A DNA stretch of 64,000 bases from a phage. Below, piece after piece: positions 47,130 to 56,921 of this stretch. The position numbers and the translations under genes were made by a program. Each line of letters begins with the position of its first letter. Within the stretch, counting starts at the first letter, position 1. The stretch is from sequence record OZ346158.1; one strand, 5' to 3'. The notes below the pieces were generated by a model. That model was not told the origin of the DNA. It ran no database searches and saw only the letters and a program-made list of their open reading frames with translations.

Positions 47130-48113
47130 TTAACCTTTCACGAAGTGGTTATTAAGCAGTTGTCTGTGCTGAACCCACCCACAAAAGTTGGCAGACCAGA
47201 ATTTACCATCACGGTCTTGATGGGTTACACCTTCCTGCCAAGTACTGATGTCTTGTGTGATTTCACATGAAGACAGGTAGTAGTTTAAACGTTCCATTGC
47301 GTTATCGTGATCCATAGGTGTTGCCTGGTGCTCGTAAGGGCTTGCATGAATACGATCCCCACCAATCAATTTTTTAGCCACACTATCTGCCTTTTCAAAC
47401 GTGCTGTCAATATTTCGATAAGATACTTGTGCACAGCAACTAGCACTGATAGACAGAGCTTCTTTAGTATCGAGAATGCAGAGCTTTCCTTCTGTGTCAC
47501 GTACAGCGTAGTTAAACTCTCCGTCCAAATAAACGTGCTCTACATATGGGGTGTGCCATTGACCCGGTTTAAGGATTTCAGGAGTGCTATTCTCAAGAGC
47601 CTCCCACATACAATTAGCTAACATCTGAATCGTAGGATCCGCATCGTGCCAGCAACGGAGGTGGAAAAAATTATTCCACTCGGTGCTTGTTACAACTGTT
47701 TTCATGCGCTGGAACGGCTCCACTAAGCGGTTACATACTTGCTTATGGTAACCAGCAAGGGCGAACTTCTCTGCATGCCAAGCGGCGTTTTTTGCAGCTT
47801 CTTTCCAAAACTCTTCAGGAGTTAGCTCCATGTCAGTGTACTCTACACGGATCTTTTGATCGTGTTCCCCACCATCTTCCATTCCTCGCTTATTTACACC
47901 GAAGCGAACTGGCATTGCCGGATTCTCCACAATCTGTTGCAGCATCTTGCCGACAGGTACTGCACGGGAAGACATGGCGTTTCGGCTGAACACTCGGTGC
48001 GTCATAAGCTCTGAGTGAATAATTCGAGGATACTCTAGTTCAAAAGTGGTGATACGCTTACCTTTCTCGGAAATGCTGTCAGCAATAATCTTTGCAGTGC
48101 ACAGTTTTAGCAT
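47130..48113 (-). CDS. thyX: flavin-dependent thymidylate synthase ThyX
   Basis: ThyX signature HRVFSRNAMSSRA (R-H-R-x7-S). Confidence 0.8.
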   Translation of the reverse strand: MLKLCTAKIIADSISEKGKRITTFELEYPRIIHSELMTHRVFSRNAMSSRAVPVGKMLQQIVENPAMPVRFGVNKRGMEDGGEHDQKIRVEYTDMELTPEEFWKEAAKNAAWHAEKFALAGYHKQVCNRLVEPFQRMKTVVTSTEWNNFFHLRCWHDADPTIQMLANCMWEALENSTPEILKPGQWHTPYVEHVYLDGEFNYAVRDTEGKLCILDTKEALSISASCCAQVSYRNIDSTFEKADSVAKKLIGGDRIHASPYEHQATPMDHDNAMERLNYYLSSCEITQDISTWQEGVTHQDRDGKFWSANFCGWVQHRQLLNNHFVKG

Positions 48114-48313
48114 TATTTAGCTCTCCTTGTTTTAATTTTGGAAATTTCGTCTGGGTTTATGTTGGCCTTAAATGCAAGGTATCTGTTGAACATGTCAGAG
48201 CACATATCTTGGGTGATCCTAGAGGCATACACTAGCTTACCTCCTAGATCATACACCTCTAGCCAGTCACCGTATCTGACTACAGGATCGCCACCTTTAG
48301 AACATCTGCCCAT
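48113..48313 (-). CDS. hypothetical protein
   Basis: 66-aa ORF. Confidence 0.45.
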   Translation of the reverse strand: MGRCSKGGDPVVRYGDWLEVYDLGGKLVYASRITQDMCSDMFNRYLAFKANINPDEISKIKTRRAK

Positions 48314-48314
48314 T

Positions 48315-48908
48315 TCAAATACCTTCTAAAAATTTTCCTATTTTATACCAGCTATTAGCGGTATAGTCAACACTGACCTTTAACTCCTCGAATTGCTCAT
48401 AAGGCGTATCTTTTAGGATTTTAATAACTTCAGGTCGTGAAGCGAATTGGTTCAGGTATTCATGCCTGTCGTCAATTATAACATCTACAGCCACATTCCC
48501 TTTGAAATGTGTGGCGTAGAAGCCGTGGCCCTGGGTGTGATCGTCCAGATCCATAAAATCACTGGTCCAACGCTTTAAGAACCTTGATTTAGATGCAAGG
48601 TGACCTTTCTTGCATACCGAGATAAATGCAAGCTTGTGACCACGAGCCACCAAATCTTTCATAACCTCAATAGCCCCCTCTTCAGGCTTAAGGAAGTCGT
48701 AGAGGAACGGATCACTCCAGAAATCAAAAGGTCCTATGATGTTTTCTTTGGGACGATCAGGCCAATACTTTGACAGATCGTAATACATTAGCCCATTAGA
48801 AGGTTTAGCTACTGTCTTACTGGCTGGACCATACAAACGCTCCAACCACTCCCACCATGCTGTTCCTGAATCTACCAGTGTCAGATCTACATCAATTCCG
48901 ATTAACAT
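48315..48908 (-). CDS. HAD-family hydrolase, putative 5'(3')-deoxyribonucleotidase
   Basis: N-terminal IGIDVDLTLVDS (HAD motif I D-x-D-x-T), later VIIDDR. Confidence 0.45.
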   Translation of the reverse strand: MLIGIDVDLTLVDSGTAWWEWLERLYGPASKTVAKPSNGLMYYDLSKYWPDRPKENIIGPFDFWSDPFLYDFLKPEEGAIEVMKDLVARGHKLAFISVCKKGHLASKSRFLKRWTSDFMDLDDHTQGHGFYATHFKGNVAVDVIIDDRHEYLNQFASRPEVIKILKDTPYEQFEELKVSVDYTANSWYKIGKFLEGI

Positions 48909-49516
48909 TCTTCTTGGGCCTCTTTAGCATCAATATACTTGCACACAATCTCCGATGCACACTCCCAAGGTGCACCTTCAGGGTTTACAACATCAAACTC
49001 AACCCCTTTTATTCCGTTCTTTTCCAGACTTAGATAGGTTCTGGAATCATTTCCCCAGTCATATCCTACACGGTGAATACGGAACAACAACAGATCTCCA
49101 CCTGTGCTGTATGCGTACTCGCTAAGGCATGCCAGCTCCTCTTTGAATCCCCCATCGGAGTAAACAATAACCCCTTTACCTTCAGGGAAATCTTTCTTCA
49201 AAGATGCGACTGCGGCTTTACCGAAAGCATCTTCACCAAAGATAGGTTTAATCAGATTTTCACTACAATGGATCATCCATTCTCGCGGAGAAACATGCTT
49301 GCCGTCTATCATTAAGAAAGGGCAAGGCTCTTCTTTGTAGTGGCGGTCATAAAGTGCATTCCAGAGTTGAGGAGTTACACCAGCTGCCTTAATTGCCACA
49401 CTGAAGAGCATTTCCTTAACCTCACGGTGGTGTGAGTTAGGAATAGCTTCCAACAAGAGATCTGCAATGTGATCCTTACCACTGCTGGGTGGGGCGTTAA
49501 GAACAATAATATCCAT
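48902..49516 (-). CDS. P-loop dNMP kinase-like protein
   Basis: IIVLNAPPSSGKDHIAD resembles the T4 gene 1 dNMP kinase P-loop (SGKD); nucleotide-metabolism neighbourhood. Confidence 0.45.
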   Translation of the reverse strand: MDIIVLNAPPSSGKDHIADLLLEAIPNSHHREVKEMLFSVAIKAAGVTPQLWNALYDRHYKEEPCPFLMIDGKHVSPREWMIHCSENLIKPIFGEDAFGKAAVASLKKDFPEGKGVIVYSDGGFKEELACLSEYAYSTGGDLLLFRIHRVGYDWGNDSRTYLSLEKNGIKGVEFDVVNPEGAPWECASEIVCKYIDAKEAQEEC

Positions 49517-49719
49517 TAAAAACCTCCGTGGTATTCTTCAACTGCATCAATAATACTTTTACACTTATCTACCAGCTCGTTAGCCACTACAGCATCGTCT
49601 TCCCAAACAGCCTCCTCAATCTGATCAAGCAATGATCGCATCTTACTCATCATTTCTGGGATAAAGTTTTCTGAAAAGCTGTCTGGAATTGTTAACTCTA
49701 GTGTCATTTCGGTCTCCAA
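49516..49719 (-). CDS. hypothetical protein
   Basis: 67-aa acidic ORF. Confidence 0.45.
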   Translation of the reverse strand: METEMTLELTIPDSFSENFIPEMMSKMRSLLDQIEEAVWEDDAVVANELVDKCKSIIDAVEEYHGGF

Positions 49720-49734
49720 TCATACTATGCGTTA

Positions 49735-50193
49735 TTAGAAGTTTGTTTTTACACGTCCCTTCTCATCAACCTCGTTGTTAGCTAAAAGCGTTACAAAGTC
49801 TGTGAAACGAACATGAAGAACCCTTTTCTTATCAAGGTATCCTAAAGCCACCCCTGAGAAATTTAGCATCAAAGGGGCTAAAGAAGCTCTGGCACTGAAA
49901 TGCTGTTGTTCTACCCTTCCAACACCCTTAGTGTAGGATGGGTTAAGATTGTAAGTTCTGAATCCCAGTTTTGTTGGAGCTTTAGAATTAAAAACGACTT
50001 TATAGCGTTTCTTACTCAACTTATGCTCCAGGATAAGCATTCCCTTATCACCTTTGATAAGTTGAAAATCTGTAAAGTGCTCTTTTAAGACGAAAGGTAG
50101 TGCCAGTCCCATCGCCTGTCCTCTTTGTACCGCTGTCTCACCAAAAGCTTTTGCATCAGTAAGTTCTTTGGTCAAGTCTATGCTTTTGATCAT
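49735..50193 (-). CDS. hypothetical protein
   Basis: 152-aa ORF. Confidence 0.5.
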   Translation of the reverse strand: MIKSIDLTKELTDAKAFGETAVQRGQAMGLALPFVLKEHFTDFQLIKGDKGMLILEHKLSKKRYKVVFNSKAPTKLGFRTYNLNPSYTKGVGRVEQQHFSARASLAPLMLNFSGVALGYLDKKRVLHVRFTDFVTLLANNEVDEKGRVKTNF

Positions 50194-51004
50194 ACCTGGT
50201 CTCCAAAATGTATTGTAGTTCTTTCTTACCTATACTCTTCATTCCAGCAGTCTTACCTGCTTCTTCTTGAAAAGAAGAATAGCATTCAGCAAACACTCTG
50301 TCAACACCGTTAACTAAAGATTTTATGAAATATGTTGATTCTTCAGATTTTGGGTCATCATCCCCCAATACTTTTCCAGCATTATACCCAACACGTCTTA
50401 CACAGAAGTCGTAGTCATCTGGTGTGCTAAAAGAAAATAACTTATTCTCTCCAATCTCTACAGGATCCCTATTGCACGCCTTTTTCTCCCAAATTTGGAA
50501 AACACATGGCACGTCATAAGGTTTGCCATTAAGTAAAAACGAATTCTTAGGGCACCTTTCGCTGTAGACAAGGTGCATCGACATGTCCAGTTTGTTTGCA
50601 AAAAATATTTTTTCAAATGTCCGTGGCAAGATGAAGGCTATAGCCCCTCCAAGCTCTAGCAATGATGCACAATGGTTAAAGAATTTGCAAGCTAAGGATG
50701 AATTCTTGCCAAATGGTGGGTTACCTATGAAGACATCTGCCTTGGGATGCACCTCCAAGAAGTTTGCCTGAATGCACGGTGTTGGTCCTTCAAATTCAGG
50801 ATCTGGTACTAAATCGTACGACAGTATCTCTGAAAATAGTTTTGAAAAAGAACCCCTTCCAGCAGAAGGCTCAACGTATGCACAATTCCCATACTTATCT
50901 TTTACTTTACCAACAAGATATTCTGCATACTCAGGGTTTGTGTAGTATTTGTCGTTGGACTCTTTCTTGCTCAAAGTGCCTCCAAAAGGAAAAGGGAGGC
51001 GCAA
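50156..51004 (-). CDS. DNA N6-adenine methyltransferase
   Basis: YVEPSAGRGSF (motif I) and FIGNPPFG (motif IV NPPF). Confidence 0.7.
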   Translation of the reverse strand: MRLPFPFGGTLSKKESNDKYYTNPEYAEYLVGKVKDKYGNCAYVEPSAGRGSFSKLFSEILSYDLVPDPEFEGPTPCIQANFLEVHPKADVFIGNPPFGKNSSLACKFFNHCASLLELGGAIAFILPRTFEKIFFANKLDMSMHLVYSERCPKNSFLLNGKPYDVPCVFQIWEKKACNRDPVEIGENKLFSFSTPDDYDFCVRRVGYNAGKVLGDDDPKSEESTYFIKSLVNGVDRVFAECYSSFQEEAGKTAGMKSIGKKELQYILETRYDQKHRLDQRTY

Positions 51005-51019
51005 GCCTCCCTATAATTG

Positions 51020-52003
51020 TTAGATTATCTGAATCAGGGTATTTTTCATTTCTTCTCTGGTGCGGATGTTGTTACGGTCACGAACAACAGATCCACAACC
51101 TTCGCAGCGGTATGTTTTAAATGCACTCAGTTGAGTATACGCCAAAGCTTCTTCCTCGTGAAGGTGTTCTCCACCACAGCGTGGGCAACGAACTTTTGGC
51201 TCCTCATCCTGGTAGTACAATGACATGTTGGGGTGCTGCTTAGCAAACGGGCGAGCCAGCAAATACAGGCCTTCCAGAGATAGGATATCGCCAACATTGT
51301 ACTCCCGCATCTGTTTAAACGCCTCAAGATCACCGTGAACACACTTGATCCACATTTCAAATGTGTGGTCAATCAGTTTCTGTCGGGCAAGTTGGAAGTA
51401 TTTGCATGCATACTCCAAAGTGTTTGCATTCAAACGGAATGCCTTCTTGATCATTTTAAGGGTGTCAACCTCTTTGTAGGGGCTTGTTGGAGGCAATCCG
51501 TGAAATGCAAATCGTTGGTTGGCCCACCCACAGTCAAAACCTGAATTGTGGGCTACTGCGACATCACATTTATCCAGATAATACCACAAATCCTGAATCA
51601 ATTCGAGATCATTGTGAATATCCTCATCCCACATTTTGTAATCAGGAAGAGCGCAGTCAACCACACTAGGACTGTCTAACCACTTACCTGCGAAAGTTAG
51701 CATGTAGGGCATAATTTCAATACCGCAGGTTTGAATGTTGGTCTTATAGTGCCCAAAGAACCAGCCGTTTGTTGGAGATGTCTCTGTATCATACACCCAA
51801 ACTTTAGCACCTTTGTGCTCTTCAAGGAAGCGCTCCGTTGCTTCTCCTACAATCTCTGACATATTCTCTTGTGCACGTTTAAGCTGTAGTCGGATCCAGC
51901 TCTCACGTGACTCACGGCCTAAAAATTCACGAGCAATTTGTCTATTAGTGTATCCCTGTTGCTTTAGTGTTAAAATTTGCTCAAGAGTTAACTTTGTCAT
52001 CAT
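51020..52003 (-). CDS. DnaQ-like 3'-5' exonuclease with N-terminal HTH and C-terminal zinc ribbon
   Basis: VYDTET (Exo I), AHNSGFD (Exo II), DEDD-type; N-terminal LTLKQQGYTNRQIAREF HTH-like; C-terminal CPRCG...CEGCG. Confidence 0.6.
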   Translation of the reverse strand: MMTKLTLEQILTLKQQGYTNRQIAREFLGRESRESWIRLQLKRAQENMSEIVGEATERFLEEHKGAKVWVYDTETSPTNGWFFGHYKTNIQTCGIEIMPYMLTFAGKWLDSPSVVDCALPDYKMWDEDIHNDLELIQDLWYYLDKCDVAVAHNSGFDCGWANQRFAFHGLPPTSPYKEVDTLKMIKKAFRLNANTLEYACKYFQLARQKLIDHTFEMWIKCVHGDLEAFKQMREYNVGDILSLEGLYLLARPFAKQHPNMSLYYQDEEPKVRCPRCGGEHLHEEEALAYTQLSAFKTYRCEGCGSVVRDRNNIRTREEMKNTLIQII

Positions 52004-52015
52004 CGTTAAGATTCC

Positions 52016-52237
52016 TTAGTAAAACTGAAGAATGTCTTTTAAAGCGAAGTCACGATATTCGCCCTTGTCTACATCGAAGGCACGCATCAACCACTGCTCT
52101 TCTTTATGATACTCTGTAGAGCCAAACCATAAATTAGGCTCAGTAACGCAGCGATCTGCAACAACACCTTTCCAGTTACGGTATTTCATCCTGATCAGAA
52201 CTGAATCGCAAGGATTGAATACCTTTTTCATCCCCAT
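52016..52237 (-). CDS. hypothetical protein
   Basis: 73-aa ORF. Confidence 0.45.
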   Translation of the reverse strand: MGMKKVFNPCDSVLIRMKYRNWKGVVADRCVTEPNLWFGSTEYHKEEQWLMRAFDVDKGEYRDFALKDILQFY

Positions 52238-52781
52238 AGAAATCTCTCTCCTCAGTTTTCTTTATAAACTCCTGCATGTAGAACTCAATAGCCTCATGCT
52301 TGGTGCACTCCGGATTAATGACAAGATTGAGATCTGATTCTGCTCGTGCAATGATCGTAGCTTTAGAGCATCTCCTCAAGAACTTTGTCATATCATCTCT
52401 GTAGTTTTTGTGGAGCGGGAAGTCGCTGTAGTCTTTCTCCAAATAGTCAGCCATCCGGCGCAACGCCTCTGATAAACTGCAATCTGTATACTCGTTACAG
52501 TATTTCATCCAGTATTTAAGCACATACCCCTCAAAGGTATTAGTGCATTGGGACAAAACACCCCTGCAACGACCAGTCAGATGGTCATGATCCAAACAAG
52601 GCTTACGAAGTGGCTCGCACAAGATAGGATCAAGACCATCCTGCTCCTCTGACAATTCTTTTCGAAAGTTGGCTATGTCCTTAGAATCTTTTAACCACCC
52701 GTTATGAACGGGGGCTTTGACAGCTTTCTTTCTTATTTTACGCTTTGCGATAATCCCTCCAGATGCGCCCTGCCTATCCAA
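52176..52781 (-). CDS. endonuclease VII-like junction-resolving nuclease
   Basis: CLDHDHLTGRCRGVLSQCTN matches the Endo VII zinc-binding/catalytic signature (DHDH-x-TG-x-x-RG); start uncertain. Confidence 0.6.
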   Translation of the reverse strand: MDRQGASGGIIAKRKIRKKAVKAPVHNGWLKDSKDIANFRKELSEEQDGLDPILCEPLRKPCLDHDHLTGRCRGVLSQCTNTFEGYVLKYWMKYCNEYTDCSLSEALRRMADYLEKDYSDFPLHKNYRDDMTKFLRRCSKATIIARAESDLNLVINPECTKHEAIEFYMQEFIKKTEERDFYGDEKGIQSLRFSSDQDEIP

Positions 52782-53362
52782 TAAGCATCTGCGAGATCGG
52801 CCTTACCTTGTACCAAATTGATCCCATCTAGGAACCCAGGTTCAGATACTTCGCAGGCCTTAACCATCAACTTTTTATCCATCGTAACAGGTTTCTTCAC
52901 AGTATGCTCTTTACCTGTCTTTTTGTCAAGCTTTTTCTTCTCCTCGAAAGCAAGTTCCTCAGGAAGATGACCACGAGCAAACTTTTTGGCAGTTGTTGGT
53001 GTCACTGTGTGGACCTTAAACAGGCCGTCATTTTCACAATCAGCTAAGGCATCCCAAAGCATAACTTCAAGACCGTAAAACAACCCAGCCAGTTCACGTG
53101 TGGCATCCCCGCGTGATCCAAAGGAAAGCCCTTCCATAACTACAGTGTCAACGCCGTGCGTGTGGATATAATATCTGACCTGTTTGCAGATCCAGTCAAT
53201 ACGCTCAGCAGCTGTTGCAAAAGAAACCGTCCCTGGTTTCTTCTCTTTTGCAGATGAGCTTTGAGTTCGTAACACAACCTTATGAACAGGCTTTCCATCG
53301 TCCCATACAACGCAAGCTGTGTGTGTCAACGACTGGTCTATGGATAATAGACGCTCTCTCAT
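52733..53362 (-). CDS. RuvC-like Holliday junction resolvase
   Basis: LSIDQSLTHTACVV (RuvC motif I-like), ...ADLADAYWIGRAHL C-terminal catalytic Asp region. Confidence 0.55.
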   Translation of the reverse strand: MRERLLSIDQSLTHTACVVWDDGKPVHKVVLRTQSSSAKEKKPGTVSFATAAERIDWICKQVRYYIHTHGVDTVVMEGLSFGSRGDATRELAGLFYGLEVMLWDALADCENDGLFKVHTVTPTTAKKFARGHLPEELAFEEKKKLDKKTGKEHTVKKPVTMDKKLMVKACEVSEPGFLDGINLVQGKADLADAYWIGRAHLEGLSQSVK

Positions 53363-53694
53363 GCTTCCTCATCCTCCTCTCCTTCATCAGGAGCATAAGC
53401 CTTATCTTTGAACAATACGAGAGAGCAAAGCTTAACATCTGTTTCCACACTGGTGAACATGCATAACCGCTCGCCCTCAATCAGCTCACAATCCTCTTTT
53501 AAAACAGCAGACCATACACGGTCATCTGCGTAATCATCCGTGTACAGGATGTATGAAATGGTGTCATCTTCATACAACCGCCACATACCTGTGGCAACAA
53601 CGAATGTATTTTTTGTTTTAAGTGTCCCTGTTGTGTGATCATCCTCAAAAACAGCTTCCATAATTGCGTTATCTACAGAATTTTTAGTCATCAA
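53359..53694 (-). CDS. hypothetical acidic protein
   Basis: 111-aa ORF with acidic C-terminus. Confidence 0.5.
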   Translation of the reverse strand: MMTKNSVDNAIMEAVFEDDHTTGTLKTKNTFVVATGMWRLYEDDTISYILYTDDYADDRVWSAVLKEDCELIEGERLCMFTSVETDVKLCSLVLFKDKAYAPDEGEEDEEA

Positions 53695-54830
53695 ATTGCT
53701 CCAACATTTCTAAGAACGTTAACAAGTTTTGTTTGATCATTGAATGTTCGCTTCATATACAAACAGTCAAAAATTATACTCATCCATTGACCTACAGAGA
53801 TTCTACGATCAATACCATTGAAGTCAGTATACTTAACAACACCTTTCGGGAACCACTTCTTGTACTGATCAATAATAGCCACCCACATCTCCTTTGGAGT
53901 GCTGCACTGAGACAGTAGGTAGAATGCTGAGGCATCTCCGAACTTACCCTTACCGATAAGTCCTTGATACGGCTTGATGTTGTCAGCAGAGTCACCACAC
54001 AGCATTTGGTATCCGAAGAACAGCATTCCGTAACCACCAACCTCTCCATTAGGCTTCATGAAGATGTTCCCCATACCGTTATCGATCAGCATAGGGGTTT
54101 CCCTTACAAAATCTCCCTTATCGTTTCGCATGGGATCGAACACAAGCCCCGGTAGTGTTCTTTGGTCCTTATCAATAGAGATAATAAACTTGTTGAACTT
54201 ACCTGTTTTTTGGTAGTGGTTCCAACCTTCAAATTGCTGGATAGCTAACCAGTCATCAGCCTCGATACCGTTGATCACTTGAGCATTATACTGCTTTTGG
54301 AGATACTGTCTTGCATCTCCAAGCAGCAGTGGTCGAAGAGTATTGTTACGGTTGGCTTTGTATCTTTCCGGCATTGGAAGATCTAGTCTGAAGTTACCTG
54401 TGCCTCCCAACACCCCGACACATCGCTCTTCCGGAATACCAAGATAGTTAAGAACTGCATTTGCCTTACATTTTATTGTGTGCAAGCAGTTCTCTACAGG
54501 GTCAGGTGTTTGGATATCCAAGACATCAAAATCTTCACGTGTCCACGGAATAAACTCCTTACCAGACTTTTTACATGCGGCTTCACGGTTGGTATTCTCA
54601 GCTTTTAGCCAACCACCAACGGTGTTCTTCTGCCGCCCCCAGAACTCTGTTCGTGTTTTAAACATCTTCTTACGTCCGGAGGCTTTGTGTGTTACCTCAA
54701 TTGTCCTTTTTTCACAACTTGCTGCAGCTTGATATGCAACCTGATCGAAGTCATAATAAACTATAGCGTCAGGTTCAAGAAGATCAGCCAGACAATCTAT
54801 GGACTCAATAAGTGGATATTCTCTACTCAA
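53691..54830 (-). CDS. 5'-3' exonuclease / flap endonuclease (FEN family)
   Basis: GIEADDWLAI (G-x-EADD) and LCGDSADNIKPYQG (GD-x-SDNIPG-like) FEN motifs. Confidence 0.7.
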   Translation of the reverse strand: MSREYPLIESIDCLADLLEPDAIVYYDFDQVAYQAAASCEKRTIEVTHKASGRKKMFKTRTEFWGRQKNTVGGWLKAENTNREAACKKSGKEFIPWTREDFDVLDIQTPDPVENCLHTIKCKANAVLNYLGIPEERCVGVLGGTGNFRLDLPMPERYKANRNNTLRPLLLGDARQYLQKQYNAQVINGIEADDWLAIQQFEGWNHYQKTGKFNKFIISIDKDQRTLPGLVFDPMRNDKGDFVRETPMLIDNGMGNIFMKPNGEVGGYGMLFFGYQMLCGDSADNIKPYQGLIGKGKFGDASAFYLLSQCSTPKEMWVAIIDQYKKWFPKGVVKYTDFNGIDRRISVGQWMSIIFDCLYMKRTFNDQTKLVNVLRNVGAI

Positions 54831-55131
54831 AGACCCTCCTGTTAGTTATTCTGCAAGATGGTTGGATGCTGTAATGGAATGCATCATCACTCTCTGCAAT
54901 AAGTGACTCAACATCCCAATACTTTTCAAAAAGGAACGGATTAGACCCCCAGTGGTGGGTTATTTTCATCAAGGAGTCTGGTATCATATAACCACAGATC
55001 TTAATTACATCGCCAGGTTGAATTGTGTTTTCATGAAGGTTGCTTGCCTTCTTCAGAATCATACCTTTATGATTCTCGTTTGCATACAACTGGACAATAT
55101 CTTTATCTTCAACAATAAAAATTTTAAGCAT
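54823..55131 (-). CDS. hypothetical protein
   Basis: 102-aa ORF. Confidence 0.5.
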   Translation of the reverse strand: MLKIFIVEDKDIVQLYANENHKGMILKKASNLHENTIQPGDVIKICGYMIPDSLMKITHHWGSNPFLFEKYWDVESLIAESDDAFHYSIQPSCRITNRRVFE

Positions 55132-55190
55132 ACCTAGTTCTCCTAGTTTATAGATATCTGACCGATAATATCAGATTAATAACACTTTTG

Positions 55191-55484
55191 TCAAGACTTT
55201 TTAGTCTTTCTTGGAGAGCTTTTTGTTGATCTTTTCCTTTTGTGGTAGATTCCAAGTGCAGCGTTTTCTTGGGCGCACGTTTTAACAGTTCTCAGACAAG
55301 AACTTTCAGCTTTAGGCAGGTTTAACTCCCACCAACCAAGCCAGTAAAGTTCTGATTCAGACAACTGCTCAGATTCAGCCTTCCGATACAAGGATTGCAT
55401 ACCTCTGATGATGTCGTCCAGAGGTGTATCGAATACAAAAGCTGTCTTATCAAATTTCTCTTTTAAAGGTTTCTTAGCCATCAA
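55191..55484 (-). CDS. hypothetical protein
   Basis: 97-aa ORF with basic C-terminus. Confidence 0.5.
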   Translation of the reverse strand: MMAKKPLKEKFDKTAFVFDTPLDDIIRGMQSLYRKAESEQLSESELYWLGWWELNLPKAESSCLRTVKTCAQENAALGIYHKRKRSTKSSPRKTKKS

Positions 55485-55938
55485 GGTAACCCTCTATCCA
55501 CGAAAAGTCAGTCTTCCATTCTGGAACTTTACTAAGCTCACGCCACTCTGCAAAGCAGTCTCGGTAATACGCCTCTGCCATACCCTTGGTGATCTTATTC
55601 ACCTTAGCCAACTGACTAACTGCCTGAGCATACTTTCCACGGATATTTGCTAACCCAGGATGCACAGATGTGTGACAATCTGGGCACAACGCTATCAGTC
55701 CGACAAGCCGGATCACTCCCTCTTCGAAAGTGTAAAGTTCATGACACTCCACTGGGTGTTTGCTGCCTTTACCGCCGCACACCTCACAGGTGTAGTTGGC
55801 TTCTCTATAGCACTTCTTGCGGATCTTATCCCACTCACTCTTCTTTACAGCGTTTCGGAGGTTATTATACCAAGCTGTTTCTGGGATCAGTTGCACAATA
55901 AGCCTGCGTTCAGACTTCATTAAACGTCCGTCTTCCAC
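55474..55938 (-). CDS. hypothetical zinc-binding protein
   Basis: CEVCGG...H...CPDCH metal-binding arrangement. Confidence 0.45.
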   Translation of the reverse strand: MEDGRLMKSERRLIVQLIPETAWYNNLRNAVKKSEWDKIRKKCYREANYTCEVCGGKGSKHPVECHELYTFEEGVIRLVGLIALCPDCHTSVHPGLANIRGKYAQAVSQLAKVNKITKGMAEAYYRDCFAEWRELSKVPEWKTDFSWIEGYLDG

Positions 55939-55947
55939 GTATCCCCC

Positions 55948-56154
55948 TTATTCAAAGAAATGGGTGCGAGGGCAGGAACCTGCCTCGCCTTGTTTCACAA
56001 GCTCGTAGAGCTCACCTTGGCTTGTCTCATAAAGGCAAATACGTTTACCATTGTCCCGATATACATCGACAAGATACGCTGTTTCACCTGCAAACACGAC
56101 ACCACAGGCCAGACATGCTGCCATGAACAAAATTGCCAACAGAAAATCTTTCAT
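55948..56154 (-). CDS. small signal-peptide/lipoprotein-like protein (spanin candidate)
   Basis: MKDFLLAILFMAACLACGVVFAG hydrophobic N-terminus with Cys; near endolysin. Confidence 0.35.
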   Translation of the reverse strand: MKDFLLAILFMAACLACGVVFAGETAYLVDVYRDNGKRICLYETSQGELYELVKQGEAGSCPRTHFFE

Positions 56155-56222
56155 GGTTAAACCCTCCCTAACATTGTATGAGGTAACAATACCACGTCCG
56201 TGTGGTCATGTCAATGATACTG

Positions 56223-56921
56223 TTACAATCTTTCAGCAAGAGCCTTTGCGTAACACGCTTCAGCAGACTCTTTGGTGTCAAACCTGCCTAGCGTTTTTCC
56301 TCTGAAAGTTACTTTCCATTTGCCCCTATCTGCTTCAAATCTGACACCTCTAGATTTATCCCTCCCTAAAGGCTGTCCACGATATTCCCTGACAAACGTG
56401 CCACTTTCAAAAGACTTTTGAGCAGCAAGGGCCTCTTCTAAGGTATCGTATTCTCCTAGGTCTTTCTTATAGTAATGACCTACCTTACCAAAAGCAGCAT
56501 ACCTTCCAGTTCTAGCATGAAAATATACACCCAAGTGTCCAGTGTTAGATTTAGGTATCTTGCGTGCCAGGCATCCGTCATCTGCCGCCTTTTTTGCGTT
56601 TTCTTCTGGTGTTAACAGTTGTAGGTTTTCTATCCTGTCATCAGCAACACCATCGGAATAGAAAAGTGGCTTTATGTGATCAACTTCGTACCCTTCTGGA
56701 ATTGGTCCATAATGCATCTCCCACACCAATCTATGCCTGTAGTAATGCACGCCGCGATAGATTATATCCCTGTACCCGTCCATGTTAGTACATCCAGCCT
56801 CCTTTCCCATCAGTTGAGGTTTGTTTTTTGGTGGGGACTTCCAAAACAACCTTCCAGTGCCTGTATCGTATCTAAAGACACTCCACCAGTCAATCCCGTT
56901 ACTCATCTGTAACAACTCCAC
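56223..56921 (-). CDS. HNH homing endonuclease with tandem AP2 DNA-binding domains (freestanding)
   Basis: HRLVWEMHYGPIPEGYEVDHIKP...ENLQLLTPEEN HNH core; two AP2-like repeats (GVYFHARTGRYAAFGK..., GVRFEADRGKWKVTFRGK...). Confidence 0.8.
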   Translation of the reverse strand: MELLQMSNGIDWWSVFRYDTGTGRLFWKSPPKNKPQLMGKEAGCTNMDGYRDIIYRGVHYYRHRLVWEMHYGPIPEGYEVDHIKPLFYSDGVADDRIENLQLLTPEENAKKAADDGCLARKIPKSNTGHLGVYFHARTGRYAAFGKVGHYYKKDLGEYDTLEEALAAQKSFESGTFVREYRGQPLGRDKSRGVRFEADRGKWKVTFRGKTLGRFDTKESAEACYAKALAERL

